Source of the DNA: Clostridia bacterium
GTDB lineage: Bacteria; Bacillota; Clostridia; Christensenellales; UBA1242
Assembly (NCBI GenBank): GCA_045597505.1
Contig: JAZLKE010000034.1
Coordinates: forward strand, 11,288-75,287
Direction: 5' to 3'
DNA length: 64,000 bases
The notes beneath the pieces were generated by a model. It had not been told where the DNA came from. It did not search any database and was given only the letters and a program-made list of their open reading frames with translations. The position numbers and the translations under genes are program-made. Shown here piece by piece: positions 19,327 to 30,077 of the stretch. How positions within the stretch are numbered: the first letter of the stretch is position 1; each line of letters starts with the position of its first letter.

Positions 19327-19348
19327 TGGCTGAATTTTGAAAAAGTGT

Positions 19349-19377
19349 TTGACATGGTAATAAAAATATGGTATTTT
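19349..19377 (+). promoter_or_regulatory. Putative rpoBC promoter
   Basis: TTGACA 19349-19354, 17-nt spacer ending in TGg, TATTTT 19372-19377. It is followed by a leader of about 70 nt with a hairpin and the AAGGAAGG SD. Confidence 0.5.
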
Positions 19378-19450
19378 TTTTCATTGTGTAATTTTGACTG
19401 GGCGGATTGAAATAAAGCCCGGCAAAAAATATATTATAAGGAAGGTAAAA

Positions 19451-22400
19451 ATGGCTGTTAATCTTAAAAAGACGGGACTTTTTAAGGACACCTATGGCAA
19501 AACGGAGCGTATGACGTTCCGTAAGGTTCCAGAGTTGTTACCAGTCCCATATCTTTTGGATATCCAAAAGGAGAGCTTTAAGCGTTTCGTCAACCAAGGG
19601 ATTCGCGAAGTGTTGGATGAATTTAATCCAATCACCGATTATTCGGGCAAATGCGAAGTCTATTTCTTGGACTACTACATTGGGGAAGATGCAAAGTATA
19701 GCGAAAGCGAATGTTTGCGTCGTGGTCAAATGTACGTTAAACCATTGCGCGTAAAAGTGCGTGTGGTTTTCAAAGAAGACGCAGAAGGACACAAAACTAA
19801 CGAAGTTATCGAACAAGATGTTTTCTTGGGCGATGTTCCGCAAATGACCGACAGTGGTTATTTTATTGTTAATGGTGTTGCACGTGTTATCGTCAACCAA
19901 ATTATTAAGAGTCCAAGCGTTTATTTTAATCGCTCTAAGGACCACAAAACTGGTAAAGAAATTATCGAATGTACTATGAGTCCAACGCATGGTGCTTATA
20001 TCGAAATGACCAAAGATGTTAACAATGTGATTTCGGTTAGCCCGAACAAAGCGAACAAAGTCAACTTGGTCACTTTCTTGCGTGCTTTGGATTTTGGTAA
20101 TGACCAACAATTGTTGGAAACATTTGCGCATCATCCAGTTTTGAAAGCAACTATTGATAAATTGAATGATGGTGGCGAACAAGTATCTAAGGAAAAAGCA
20201 TTGTTGGAATTGTCCCGTAAAATGCGTCCGTCTGAATTGCCAAATGCCGAAGTCATGGAATCCAGTTTGAACAATATGTTCTTTACCTTCCCGAATTATG
20301 ATTTGGCTGTTGTTGGTCGTTATAAATTTAACAAAAAACTTTGCATCAGCAGTCGTATTTTGAAACACATTGCCGCCGAAGATATTAAAATCAACGGTAA
20401 AGTAGTGGTACCGCATGATACCGAAATCGACAAACAAATGGCCGATAAAATTCAAAATGCTGGTATCAATATTGTTACCATTAAAAATGAACTTGGCGAT
20501 GCTGTTCAGATTATTGGTAACAACCGCGTCAATGTTAATGCCTACTTGGATTGCACCGAACATGATACTGGTATTAAAGAATTGGTTCACTATCCAACTT
20601 TGTTGAAAGTCTTGGAAGGCAAAAACACCAAAGCCGAAAAAATTCAAGCCGTTAAAGAAAACGCCAAAGAATTGGTAATGCGTCACTTACACCGTGATGA
20701 TATTATCGCTTCGGTTTCTTACTTATTGAACATGTGCGATGGTGTTGGTTACGAAGATAATATCGACCACTTGGGTAACCGTCGTTTGAATACTGTTGGC
20801 GACTTAATGGCTCGTCACTTCAAAGATGGTATGTTGAAATTGCGTAACAGCATGCGCGAAACTATGCAAACCATGGAAATTAACAGTAAATCAATTAACC
20901 CATTGAACATTATTAACGCGAAAGCGATTACTCGTGCTTTGCGTGATTTCTGTGCGGTATCGCAATTGTCCCACGTGATGGATACCAACAACCCGTTAAC
21001 CGAAATTACTCAAAAACGTAAAATCACCGCCGTTGGTCCAGGTGGTATCGTCAAGGAACGCGCGACCAGTGAAGTCCGCGACTTGCACTATACACACAAC
21101 GGTCGTCTCTGCGCGGTTGAAACTCCTGAAGGTCAATCCATCGGTTTGGTTAACAGTTTGGCAATGTACGCTCAAATCAACGAATACGGCTTTGTTACTG
21201 CTCCGTTACGTCGTATCGATAAGACTACGGGTAAAGTTACTGACATCGTTGACTATTTAACCTCAGATGAAGAAGATGCGTTCTATGTTGCTCAGGCAAC
21301 TGAACCGTTGGACGAAGAAGGTCGTTTATTGCACGAATTCGTTACTTGCCGTCATCGTGATATTATTTTGGATATGCCACGCGAAAGCGTTGACTATATC
21401 GATGCCAGCCCACGCCAATTCGTATCTTTGGCAACCGCTTTGATTCCTTTCTTGAACAATGATGATACGGGTCGTGCGTTGTTGGGTTCTAACATGCAAC
21501 GTCAAGCAGTATCTTTGATTAAAACCGAAGTTCCATTGGTTGCAACTGGTTTGGAACACCGTGCTGCTTTGGATAGTAATGTTATGTTGACTGCTAAGGC
21601 TGCTGGTACTGTTATTTCGGTAACTGGTGACCAAATCGTAATTGAACGTGATGACAATCATGAACATGATTTCTATAAATTGACTAAATTTACTCGTTAT
21701 AATGAAGAAGCTTGCATTAACCAAAAACCAATTGTCCGCAAAGGCGATAAGGTTAAGGCTGGCGAAATTATTACTGATGGCTATGCAACCTGTAACGGGG
21801 AATTGGCAATCGGTAAAAACATGTGCGTCGCTTACATGAACTGGGAGGGTTACAACTTTGAGGATGCGATTTTGATTTCTGAACGCGTTGTCAAAGAAGA
21901 TAAATTTACTTCAATTGCTTTGCATTTGAAAGAATGTAAAGTTCGTACCACCAAATTGGGTGATGAAGAAATTACTCGTGATATTCCAAATTTAAGTGAA
22001 GATGCTTTGGCAAACTTGGACGAACGTGGTATTGTTCGTGTTGGTTCGTTTGTTCGTACTGGTGATATCTTGGTTGGTAAGGTTACACCAAAGGGTGAAT
22101 CTGAATTAACGCCAGAAGAACGTTTGTTGCGTGCTATCTTCGGTGAAAAATCGCGTGAAGTTCGTGACTCGTCTTTGCGTGTTGAAAATGGTAAAGATGG
22201 TGTCGTTGTTGCTGTTGAATGTTTCAGCCGCAAAAATCACGACGAAATGGATGTTGGTGTTAACGAAATCATTAAAGTTACGATTGCGCAAAAACGTAAC
22301 ATCAAAGTCGGCGATAAGATGACAGGTCGTCATGGTAATAAAGGTATTGTTTCTAAGATTTTGCCAGTTGAAGATATGCCATACATGGCCGATGGTACTC

Positions 22401-23173
22401 CTGTTGATATCGTATTGAACCCATTGGGCGTTCCTTCCCGTTTGAACATTGGTCAGTTGTTGGAAGTTTCGTTGGGCTTGGTTGCTAAGACTTTGGGTTG
22501 GAAAGTTGCGACTCCTGTCTTCAACGGTGCTAACGAAAATGACATTCAAGAATTGTTGCGTAAAAACGGCTTGCCAGAAGATGGCAAAATGCAATTGTAT
22601 GATGGACGTACTGGTGAACCATTCCAAAACCGTACCACTGTTGGTTACATGTACATGTTGAAATTGCATCACATGGTTGATACTAAGATTCACGCTCGTT
22701 CAACTGGTGCTTACAGCTTGGTAACACAACAACCATTGGGTGGTAAAGCTCAATTCGGTGGTCAACGTATGGGTGAAATGGAGGTCTGGGCTTTGGAAGC
22801 GTATGGCGCCGCCCACATCTTGCAAGAGATGTTGACTGTTAAATCCGATGATGTTCAAGGTCGTACCAAAACTTATGTTTCAATTGTTAATGGTACTAAA
22901 TTGCCTGATCCAGGTATCCCAGAAGCAAGTAAAGTTATGATTCGTGAATTGCATGGTCTTGGCTTTGATGTTGGTATTTATACTGCTGATAAGAAAGAAG
23001 TTGAGTTGGAAAAGATTGATGCCTTGGTTGATGATGCCGAAATGATGGCAAATGTTGAATCTGACGAAAAACAAGAAACCGAAGCCGAAATTGAATTTAA
23101 TCAAGAACAAGTCGAAGAACCCGCTGCCGATGACTTAGAAATGTTCGATATTGAACAATTGTTTGAGGAATAA
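19451..23173 (+). CDS. rpoB: DNA-directed RNA polymerase subunit beta
   Basis: Unmistakable beta-subunit motifs ([40 protein letters not shown]). The ATG at 19451 follows the SD; the track start at 19394 is an in-frame upstream extension. Confidence 0.97.
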   Translation: MAVNLKKTGLFKDTYGKTERMTFRKVPELLPVPYLLDIQKESFKRFVNQGIREVLDEFNPITDYSGKCEVYFLDYYIGEDAKYSESECLRRGQMYVKPLRVKVRVVFKEDAEGHKTNEVIEQDVFLGDVPQMTDSGYFIVNGVARVIVNQIIKSPSVYFNRSKDHKTGKEIIECTMSPTHGAYIEMTKDVNNVISVSPNKANKVNLVTFLRALDFGNDQQLLETFAHHPVLKATIDKLNDGGEQVSKEKALLELSRKMRPSELPNAEVMESSLNNMFFTFPNYDLAVVGRYKFNKKLCISSRILKHIAAEDIKINGKVVVPHDTEIDKQMADKIQNAGINIVTIKNELGDAVQIIGNNRVNVNAYLDCTEHDTGIKELVHYPTLLKVLEGKNTKAEKIQAVKENAKELVMRHLHRDDIIASVSYLLNMCDGVGYEDNIDHLGNRRLNTVGDLMARHFKDGMLKLRNSMRETMQTMEINSKSINPLNIINAKAITRALRDFCAVSQLSHVMDTNNPLTEITQKRKITAVGPGGIVKERATSEVRDLHYTHNGRLCAVETPEGQSIGLVNSLAMYAQINEYGFVTAPLRRIDKTTGKVTDIVDYLTSDEEDAFYVAQATEPLDEEGRLLHEFVTCRHRDIILDMPRESVDYIDASPRQFVSLATALIPFLNNDDTGRALLGSNMQRQAVSLIKTEVPLVATGLEHRAALDSNVMLTAKAAGTVISVTGDQIVIERDDNHEHDFYKLTKFTRYNEEACINQKPIVRKGDKVKAGEIITDGYATCNGELAIGKNMCVAYMNWEGYNFEDAILISERVVKEDKFTSIALHLKECKVRTTKLGDEEITRDIPNLSEDALANLDERGIVRVGSFVRTGDILVGKVTPKGESELTPEERLLRAIFGEKSREVRDSSLRVENGKDGVVVAVECFSRKNHDEMDVGVNEIIKVTIAQKRNIKVGDKMTGRHGNKGIVSKILPVEDMPYMADGTPVDIVLNPLGVPSRLNIGQLLEVSLGLVAKTLGWKVATPVFNGANENDIQELLRKNGLPEDGKMQLYDGRTGEPFQNRTTVGYMYMLKLHHMVDTKIHARSTGAYSLVTQQPLGGKAQFGGQRMGEMEVWALEAYGAAHILQEMLTVKSDDVQGRTKTYVSIVNGTKLPDPGIPEASKVMIRELHGLGFDVGIYTADKKEVELEKIDALVDDAEMMANVESDEKQETEAEIEFNQEQVEEPAADDLEMFDIEQLFEE

Positions 23174-23187
23174 GAAGGAGAAGGAAA

Positions 23188-26100
23188 ATGTTTGAATTAA
23201 ATAATTTTGAAAGTTTGAAAATCAGTATCGCCAGCCCAGATAAAATCCGTGAATGGAGCCATGGCGAAGTAACCAAACCAGAAACGATTAACTATCGTAC
23301 TCAAAAACCAGAAAAAGACGGTTTGTTCTGCGAACGCATTTTTGGTCCTAAAAAAGACTGGCAATGTTCCTGCGGTAAATATAAATTAATCCGCTATAAA
23401 GGAACGGTTTGCGATAAGTGCGGTGTTGAAGTTACCCGTTCAATTGTTCGTCGTGAACGTATGGGTCACATTGAATTGGCGGCTCCAGTTGTTCATATTT
23501 GGTATTTCAAAGGTGTACCGTCCAAAATTGGTACTTTGTTGAACATGACCATCAAGAACTTGGAGCAAGTTATCTATTTCGTCTCTTTTGTTGTTATTGA
23601 TCCATGCAAAACCACTTTGTCTTATGGTCAAATTTTATCAGACCGTGAATTGCACGAAGCTTTGGAGAAATTTGGTCCAAATTCTTTCAAATATGGTATG
23701 GGTGCCGAAGCCATTAAAGCGATGTTGGCAGCACTTGATTTGGATAAAGAAATTAAAGAATGTAACGAAATCATTGCAACTGGTAAAGGTGCAAAACGTG
23801 AAAAAGCTATTAAACGTTTGGATTTGTTAGAATCATTCAAACACAGTGGTAATCGTCCAGAATGGATGGTTATGGATGTTTTACCAGTAACTCCGCCAGA
23901 ATTGCGTCCAATGGTACAAATTGATGGTGGTCGTTTCGCAACTACCGATGTCAACGATTTATATCGTCGTGTGATTAACCGTAACAACCGTTTGAAAAAA
24001 TTGATTTCTTTGGGTGCGCCTGAAGTTATTATCCGTAACGAAAAACGTATGTTGCAAGAAGCTGTCGACGCTTTGATTGATAATGGTCGTCGCGGTAAAG
24101 CAGTGCAAGGTGCCAAAGGTCGTCCGTTAAAATCCTTGGCTGAAGGTTTACGCGGTAAACAAGGTCGCTTCCGTAATAACTTGTTGGGTAAACGTGTTGA
24201 CTATTCAGGTCGTACCGTTATCGTTGTCGGTCCAGAATTGAAACACTACCAAGTTGGTTTGCCCAAAGAAATGGCTTTGGAATTGTTCAAGCCATTCGTT
24301 ATGAAAAAATTGGTTGACATGGGCTTAGCTCATCACAGCCGTAGCGCGAAACGTTTGATTGAACGTGAAAAACCACAAGTTTGGGATATTTTGGAAGAAG
24401 TCGTTCGCGACCATCCGGTATTGTTGAACCGTCAACCCACGTTGCATAAATTGTCAATTCAAGCGTTTGAACCTGTTTTGATTGATGGTCGTGCGATTCG
24501 TTTGCACCCGTTAGTTTGTACCGCGTTCAACGCCGACTTCGATGGTGACCAAATGACTGTTCACGTTCCGTTGTCTCCTGAAGCGCAAGCCGAAGCCCGT
24601 ATCTTGATGTTAGCTTCAAATAACATTTTGAAACCAAGTGACTCCAAATCTGTTGTCACTCCAACGCAGGATATTATTTTGGGTTGCTACTATATGACTT
24701 TGCAAATTGATGGTGCCAAAGGTGAGGGCAACGTTTATAAAGACGAAAACGAAGCTATTTACGCTTATAACGTTGGCGAATTGGATTTGCATGCTAAGAT
24801 TCAAGTTCGTCGTTCTAACTTTGAAATTGAAGGCAATATGGACGAAGTTGAAGAATTTGGCCGTGTAGAAACTACTGTTGGTCGTATTTTGTTTAACCAA
24901 TGCTTTCCACAAGATATTGGTATCGTTGACCGCAGTAAACCAGAAAATAAATTTGCTTACGAATACAACAAAGAAGTTGTTAAGAAAGATATCAATAACT
25001 TGATTGTTAAAATTTTTGAAGTTCATGGTGCTACTGTAACCAGTGAATCAATTGATAAAATCAAGACCGTTGGTTTCAAATATTCAACCTTGGGTTCAAT
25101 TTCATTGTCGGTTTTCGATGCTACCATTCCTGCTAACCGTGAACAAATTATTAAAGATACTGAAGCCAAAGTTAAAAAGATTGAACAAGCCTATGCTGAA
25201 GGTGAGTTGAGCTTGGATGAAAAATTGGATCGTAACATTGCGTTATGGAAAGAAGCTACCGACCTCATTCAAGACGACGTCATCAGCGTTTTGGGTAAAA
25301 CTAACCCAATTAAGATGATGGCTATCTCTGGTGCACGTGGTTCTAACAAACAGATTATGCAGTTGTCTGGTATGCGTGGTATTATTGCGAACGTTTCCGG
25401 ACAAAAAGAGGACGTCCCGACCAAGGGCTGCTACCGTTTAGGTTTGTCTCCATTGGAATACTTCTTGTCATCTCGTGGTGGTCGTAAAGGTTTGGCTGAT
25501 ACCGCGTTGAAGACCTCTGATGCTGGTTACTTGACCCGTCGTTTGGTTGATGTTGCGCAAGACGTTATCGTTACCGAAGAAGATTGTTTCGCAACCTTGG
25601 GTGAAAAACCGAAGGGTATGGTAATGACCGAATTACGTATGGACGGTTATGTTAAACGCTTGGCAAGTCGTATTAAAGGTCGTTTCTCAGTACGTGATGT
25701 TGTTGACCCGAAGACAAAAGAAGTTTTAGTTCATGCCGATACTATGATTACCGACGAAGTTGCTGAACGCATCGAAGCCGCTGGTATTAAAGAAGTTGAA
25801 ATTCGCAGCGTATTGACCTGTAAATGCAAACATGGTGTTTGTGCAAAATGCTATGGTCGTGATATGAGTGGTCATGAATTGGTCAGTGTAGGTGAACCAG
25901 TTGGTATTATTGCTGCACAATCCATCGGTGAACCAGGTACTCAGTTAACCATGCGTACCAAACACAGTGGTGGTATTGCGGTTTCGAACATTACCGAAGG
26001 TTTGCCACGTGTTGAAGAAATCTTGGAAGCGCGCGTTCCCAAGGGTGTGGCTTTGGTTAGCGACGTCGGTGGTACTGTTGTGGCTGTCAATCCAGTTGAA

Positions 26101-26715
26101 AAACGTGTTGAAGTTGTAATTAAGACTAACGAAGGTAAAGAAGTTCCATACTTGATTCCTGCCAGCATGAAAGTTATTGTCAAGAAAGGTGATGTTGTCG
26201 AACCAGGTTCAGCTTTAACCGAAGGTGTCTTTAATCCGCATGATATTTTACGTAACAAAGGTATTAAAGCCGTACAAGACTACTTGATTACCGAAATTAT
26301 TAAAGTTTATAAAACGCAAGATATTTCGATTAATAACAAACATTTGGAAATAATTGTAAGACAAATGTTGAAAAAAGTTAAAATCGAAGATGCTGGCGAT
26401 ACCGACTTCCAAATCGGTTCTGTGGTTGATGTAATTGAGTTTGAACACAAAAACATCTTGGCCATTAACGACGGTAAAAAACCTGCGCGTGCAACCCGTG
26501 TCTTGTTACCAATTACAAAGGCTGCGTTGCGTACGGATAGTTTCCTGTCAGCTGCGTCATTCCAAGAAACCAGTTCGGTTTTGGTCGATGCTGCGGTTAA
26601 AAATAAAGTCGACCATTTGCAAGGTCTCAAAGAAAATGTTATCTTTGGTAAGTTGATTCCAGCTGGTACAGGTATGAAATTCTATCAAAATGTAGGGTAC
26701 AAAAATGTCAAATAA
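23188..26715 (+). CDS. rpoC: DNA-directed RNA polymerase subunit beta-prime
   Basis: Zinc motif [15 protein letters not shown] and the catalytic NADFDGDQM motif. Confidence 0.97.
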   Translation: MFELNNFESLKISIASPDKIREWSHGEVTKPETINYRTQKPEKDGLFCERIFGPKKDWQCSCGKYKLIRYKGTVCDKCGVEVTRSIVRRERMGHIELAAPVVHIWYFKGVPSKIGTLLNMTIKNLEQVIYFVSFVVIDPCKTTLSYGQILSDRELHEALEKFGPNSFKYGMGAEAIKAMLAALDLDKEIKECNEIIATGKGAKREKAIKRLDLLESFKHSGNRPEWMVMDVLPVTPPELRPMVQIDGGRFATTDVNDLYRRVINRNNRLKKLISLGAPEVIIRNEKRMLQEAVDALIDNGRRGKAVQGAKGRPLKSLAEGLRGKQGRFRNNLLGKRVDYSGRTVIVVGPELKHYQVGLPKEMALELFKPFVMKKLVDMGLAHHSRSAKRLIEREKPQVWDILEEVVRDHPVLLNRQPTLHKLSIQAFEPVLIDGRAIRLHPLVCTAFNADFDGDQMTVHVPLSPEAQAEARILMLASNNILKPSDSKSVVTPTQDIILGCYYMTLQIDGAKGEGNVYKDENEAIYAYNVGELDLHAKIQVRRSNFEIEGNMDEVEEFGRVETTVGRILFNQCFPQDIGIVDRSKPENKFAYEYNKEVVKKDINNLIVKIFEVHGATVTSESIDKIKTVGFKYSTLGSISLSVFDATIPANREQIIKDTEAKVKKIEQAYAEGELSLDEKLDRNIALWKEATDLIQDDVISVLGKTNPIKMMAISGARGSNKQIMQLSGMRGIIANVSGQKEDVPTKGCYRLGLSPLEYFLSSRGGRKGLADTALKTSDAGYLTRRLVDVAQDVIVTEEDCFATLGEKPKGMVMTELRMDGYVKRLASRIKGRFSVRDVVDPKTKEVLVHADTMITDEVAERIEAAGIKEVEIRSVLTCKCKHGVCAKCYGRDMSGHELVSVGEPVGIIAAQSIGEPGTQLTMRTKHSGGIAVSNITEGLPRVEEILEARVPKGVALVSDVGGTVVAVNPVEKRVEVVIKTNEGKEVPYLIPASMKVIVKKGDVVEPGSALTEGVFNPHDILRNKGIKAVQDYLITEIIKVYKTQDISINNKHLEIIVRQMLKKVKIEDAGDTDFQIGSVVDVIEFEHKNILAINDGKKPARATRVLLPITKAALRTDSFLSAASFQETSSVLVDAAVKNKVDHLQGLKENVIFGKLIPAGTGMKFYQNVGYKNVK

Positions 26716-27040
26716 CATTTTTAATTTATTATTGGTTGCAACGGAACGTCCGAAGTGGGTTTCGGACAGTTTCCCGATTATTCAAGGAATTATCATTGGT
26801 TTAATCAGTTTAATCAGCATTATTATGATTATCGCAATTTTGGTATCTCCACCCGATAATGGTGTAGGTACCAATGCAATTACTGGTGCCAGTGAAAGTT
26901 ACTATACCAAAAACCGTAACAAAAGCAATTTAGGTCGCATTCGTAATTTAATTATTATTTGTGCCTGTACAATTGCTGTATTGACGATTATCTTCTTTAT
27001 TATGTTTGGTATTTTCAATATGAGCGGTGCAGCCGCCTGA
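26705..27040 (+). CDS. Possible SecG-like small membrane protein with an N-terminal extension
   Basis: Two TM helices flank the Gly-rich loop [21 protein letters not shown]. The layout resembles SecG, but this is similarity judged by eye only. Confidence 0.4.
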   Translation: MSNNIFNLLLVATERPKWVSDSFPIIQGIIIGLISLISIIMIIAILVSPPDNGVGTNAITGASESYYTKNRNKSNLGRIRNLIIICACTIAVLTIIFFIMFGIFNMSGAAA

Positions 27041-27182
27041 ATACAATAAAATTCCTGTTCATGATGACAATAAAGAATTTAAGGGAAGTTGGAAATTAGT
27101 TTTTGATGTCAATGGAGAAGAAAAAGAATTTATCAGTAATCAAACCAGTGAATATATTTTTGAAATACAAAAGAAGTACTCG

Positions 27183-27208
27183 AATCCGCCAATTGTAATT
27201 GGCGGATT
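27183..27208. repeat. 26-nt near-perfect palindrome AATCCGCCAATT-GT-AATTGGCGGATT
   Basis: The 12-bp arms were verified base by base. There is no U-tail, and it lies in a region with no convincing gene. Confidence 0.8.
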
Positions 27209-27291
27209 AAATTCCAACCGCAAGACGAACGCTACAAACCGCTTTATATTCAAGCAAACATTACAATCAATCAATTATAAAAGGTGCTATT

Positions 27292-27529
27292 TTGTTATCA
27301 GTTAGAAATTTGACCAAAATTTACAAAATTAAAGGCAAGGACGCAAAACAGGTTATTGCCTTGAACAATGTCAGTATTGACTTTCCAGAAACTGGCATGG
27401 TGTTCTTGCTGGGTAAAACATATTGCCTTGTTGATTGCGGTTAGTGTGGGTGTCGCGTTTATTTCGACATTATTACCTGTTTATAAAATCGCCCGCAAAA
27501 ACCCGATCGACAGCATCAACAACCGCTAA
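27292..27529 (+). pseudogene. Deletion remnant of an ABC transporter: the first 42 codons of the ATPase fused out of frame to the last 36 codons of an FtsX-type permease
   Basis: TTG-LSVRNLTKIYKIKGKDAKQVIALNNVSIDFPETGMVFLLGK stops just before the expected Walker A residues (junction about 27418). The +1 frame then reads HIALLIAVSVGVAFISTLLPVYKIARKNPIDSINNR*, a typical FtsX C-terminus. Confidence 0.65.
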
Positions 27530-27530
27530 C

Positions 27531-27562
27531 AAAAAAGGCTTACTATGATAAGCCTTTTTTCG
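27531..27562. terminator. Bidirectional terminator (ABC remnant / rnr)
   Basis: AAGGCTTA ctatga TAAGCCTT flanked by A-run and T-run. Confidence 0.8.
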
Positions 27563-27569
27563 TTGAAAA

Positions 27570-29270
27570 TTAAAATTTTGCTGTGAACTCAATTTTTGAT
27601 TTGTGCAAATTAACGCCAATTACTTTAACTTTCATTGGATCGCCCATGCGAATTTTAGATTTCTTGCCAACCATTTGCATCGTACCATCATGGTACAAGT
27701 AATGGTCATCTGGTAAATTTTCCATGCGAACTAAACCTTCCGCAGTATTGGTTGGAATGTAAACGAACACACCAAAATCTGTAATACCATTAACAACGCC
27801 ATCAAAAGTTTCGCCGATGTGGGCTTGCATGTATTCGGCACATTTCAAGTCGTCAACTTCGCGTTCGGCGGCCACCGCGTCTAATTCGGTTTGTGAAGCT
27901 TGTTGGCTGGCAGCGGTAACAAAAGCGTTGAGGCGGGCAAGTTGTTGACTGCTTAATTGGTTATCTAAATACATTTTGATAATACGGTGGATACACAAAT
28001 CTGGGTAACGGCGAATTGGAGATGTAAAGTGGCAATAGTACGTTGAACCCAACGCATAGTGACCAACACAGTGTGGGTCGTATTTGGCTTTTTGCATCGA
28101 ACGCAACGCCAAACTGGACACGACAATCTTCACATTTTCGTCTTTGATATTGTTTAACATATCTTGATATTGGAAGCCAGTAGGATTTTCAAAATCAATA
28201 TGGTGTTGCACCTCAAATGGCGTTAAAGCGCTTAAAAAGCGAATTACTTTCAAAGAATCTGGTTTTTCGTGGATGCGATACACGAATGGTAAGTGTAATT
28301 TGAAACAATGTTCAGCCACAACTTCATTCGTCAAAACCATGAAAGTTTCAATGATACGGTGGCTTAAAGTATGCGGTTGCGAATAAACTGTTGCGATTTG
28401 CCCTTTATCATCCAAAACGATTTTTGGTTCGGGAACATTGAAAGTGATCTCACCACGGGCTTGACGATCGCGCTCAAATTTCTGTGCAATTTCGGCCATA
28501 CGCATGATCATGGCTTTGTGCTGGTGTTCGGTTTTGCCGTCCAAAATATCTTGTACTTCATCGTAGGAAAAACGGGTTACCGATTGAATTAAAGATTTTT
28601 TAATTTGATAATTAACCAAATTATATTTTTTATCTAAGGTCATTAAAACTGATAATGCCAAGCGTGGTTCATTCGGGTTTAATGAGCAAACGCCATTTGA
28701 TAATTGGGTCGGCAACATCGGCAACACACGGTCGGGAAAGTACACACTGGTGCCACGACGGTAAGCCTCTTTGTCCAAACAACTATCTGCGGTTACATAT
28801 TCTGAAACGTCGGCAATATGTACGCCCAAGGTTACGGTTCCGTCTGTGTTTTCTACTAAGCTGATGGCATCGTCCAAATCGCGAGCATCGGCAGGGTCAA
28901 TTGTGATGATTGGCAAACCGCGCAAATCAACACGATTGAACATACAGTCAGTAATCTTTTTCTTGCTGACTTTTTCAGCTTCGTTCAAAACTTCGGTTGG
29001 GAAAGTCGGTTGTAGCCTGTATTTTTTCATAATGGCTTCAATCGTAGCAGGTTGCGTGTTATGACTGATGACGCGCACAACTTCCGCATCGGGTTGGTTA
29101 TTATGTTTTTTCTTCATGTAGCGAATTTCCACGATGTCACCATCTACGGCACCATGTAAATTATCCTTGGCAATAAAGATATCTTCGTCCTGATTTGGTA
29201 ACTCGACGAATCCGTAACCTTTTAATGTTACCGTTAATTCGCCAGTCATTCGATTTTCTATTTTGCGCAC
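27570..29270 (-). CDS. rnr: Ribonuclease R / RNase II family exoribonuclease (short, 566 aa)
   Basis: RNB domain motifs (ITIDPADARDLDDA; HFTSPIRRYPD) plus a C-terminal S1 domain. Apparent GTG start at 29270. Confidence 0.9.
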   Translation of the reverse strand: MRKIENRMTGELTVTLKGYGFVELPNQDEDIFIAKDNLHGAVDGDIVEIRYMKKKHNNQPDAEVVRVISHNTQPATIEAIMKKYRLQPTFPTEVLNEAEKVSKKKITDCMFNRVDLRGLPIITIDPADARDLDDAISLVENTDGTVTLGVHIADVSEYVTADSCLDKEAYRRGTSVYFPDRVLPMLPTQLSNGVCSLNPNEPRLALSVLMTLDKKYNLVNYQIKKSLIQSVTRFSYDEVQDILDGKTEHQHKAMIMRMAEIAQKFERDRQARGEITFNVPEPKIVLDDKGQIATVYSQPHTLSHRIIETFMVLTNEVVAEHCFKLHLPFVYRIHEKPDSLKVIRFLSALTPFEVQHHIDFENPTGFQYQDMLNNIKDENVKIVVSSLALRSMQKAKYDPHCVGHYALGSTYYCHFTSPIRRYPDLCIHRIIKMYLDNQLSSQQLARLNAFVTAASQQASQTELDAVAAEREVDDLKCAEYMQAHIGETFDGVVNGITDFGVFVYIPTNTAEGLVRMENLPDDHYLYHDGTMQMVGKKSKIRMGDPMKVKVIGVNLHKSKIEFTAKF

Positions 29271-29291
29271 AGCAAATTATAAGTATATAAT
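29263..29291 (+). promoter_or_regulatory. Leaderless-type promoter of the Rx4H/CBS gene
   Basis: TTGCGC 29263-29268, 17-nt spacer, TATAAT 29286-29291, then 6 nt, then ATG 29298; no SD. Confidence 0.5.
29276..29281 (-). promoter_or_regulatory. Divergent -10 box (TATAAT on the minus strand) 5 nt upstream of the rnr GTG
   Basis: The minus strand reads cTTATAATttgctGTGcgc. It lies back to back with the plus-strand promoter inside a 27-bp intergenic gap. Confidence 0.4.
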
Positions 29292-29297
29292 ACCAAT

Positions 29298-30035
29298 ATG
29301 TCAAACATGTTGAATTCTACCAATAAGACTTTGGGTGTCCGTTTCTTGGACGCTTACAACGCAATCGATAAGGCTTTACGGGCCCAATACAATTACAAAA
29401 CTACAATTTCGTTTTCTGATTTAATTCGTCGTTGCGCAGATTTGAATTCTGTAATTCGTGGTCACGAAAACGAGTTGATTAACTTCGCGCGCTTACGTAA
29501 TGCTATCGTTCACAGCAGTGATAATAACAAAGTTATTGCCGAGCCACATTTGGACGTGGTTGAACTGATGGAAAAAATTGCCACCTTAATTACCACGCCA
29601 CCTTTGGTTGTGGACGTATTGCATCAACGCACAGTAACAATTATTGATGCTAATCGCAGTTTGTACGATTTAATTAAAGAAACGGGAATTACTGGTCATG
29701 GTATGATACCAGCCTATAAGGGTAGTCATTTGGTGGGTATTGTGCGTTGGCGTAAATTGATTGAAGACTTAGCCAAAATTTTGGATACCAACGATATTGA
29801 TGATTTTATTCGTCAAACTTCAATTGAAAGTTATTTACGCATGTATCCGCAATCTGGACATTTTGACATCGCACCACAAAACATTACGATTGAACAAGCT
29901 CTGACTATCTTTAATAATAATCGTAAAATTGCTGCCATTTTGATTACTGAAAAAGGCAGTGCGATGGAACGACCAATTGGTTTCTTAACCAATGCCGATA
30001 TCATTGATTTAGTGAAAATTATTGAAAGTTATTAA
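29298..30035 (+). CDS. Two-domain protein: N-terminal helical domain with an Rx4H (HEPN-like) motif plus a C-terminal CBS pair
   Basis: N-terminus ...ELINFARLRNAIVHSS (R-N-A-I-V-H). The C-terminus has two CBS-like repeats (TVTIIDANRSLYD...LVGIVRWRKLIEDL; ITIEQALTIFNNNRKIAAILITE...IGFLTNADIIDLV). Confidence 0.75.
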   Translation: MSNMLNSTNKTLGVRFLDAYNAIDKALRAQYNYKTTISFSDLIRRCADLNSVIRGHENELINFARLRNAIVHSSDNNKVIAEPHLDVVELMEKIATLITTPPLVVDVLHQRTVTIIDANRSLYDLIKETGITGHGMIPAYKGSHLVGIVRWRKLIEDLAKILDTNDIDDFIRQTSIESYLRMYPQSGHFDIAPQNITIEQALTIFNNNRKIAAILITEKGSAMERPIGFLTNADIIDLVKIIESY

Positions 30036-30077
30036 AAATCATGTTAATTTATAAGCGTTAAATAAAAGGAAAAGAGA

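Noticed and set aside
15384-19330. tRNA-Phe as the att site of an island carrying the 1213-aa gene
   Set aside because: I looked for a direct repeat of the tRNA 3' end downstream of the gene. The best match, GGTTAGAGTTCA at about 19261, matches only 8 of 12 positions, which is not distinguishable from chance. No integrase is present.
19394-19450. N-terminal extension of rpoB from the track start at 19394; likewise 3154 for rpmE, 7621 for thrS, 33833 for HIT, 52259 for ssb, 59468 and 59707 in the partition cassette
   Set aside because: Downstream in-frame ATGs are preceded by an SD or a -10 box and give canonical N-termini. The upstream extensions overlap terminators, promoters or neighbouring genes.
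19538-20686. 382-aa ORF antisense to rpoB, plus similar long antisense ORFs at 22106-22693, 23628-24116, 48104-48748, 54404-55009 and 58623-59456
   Set aside because: They lie entirely inside strongly supported genes on the opposite strand. Their products are low-complexity and rich in F/N/I/V or S/A, with no motifs. This is the usual by-product of codon bias in AT-rich genes.
27027-27305. 92-aa plus-strand ORF after the SecG-like gene
   Set aside because: It overlaps the upstream gene end and has no SD. It is interrupted by a 26-nt perfect palindrome and runs into the start of the ABC remnant in another frame. It probably lies in decayed or non-coding sequence.
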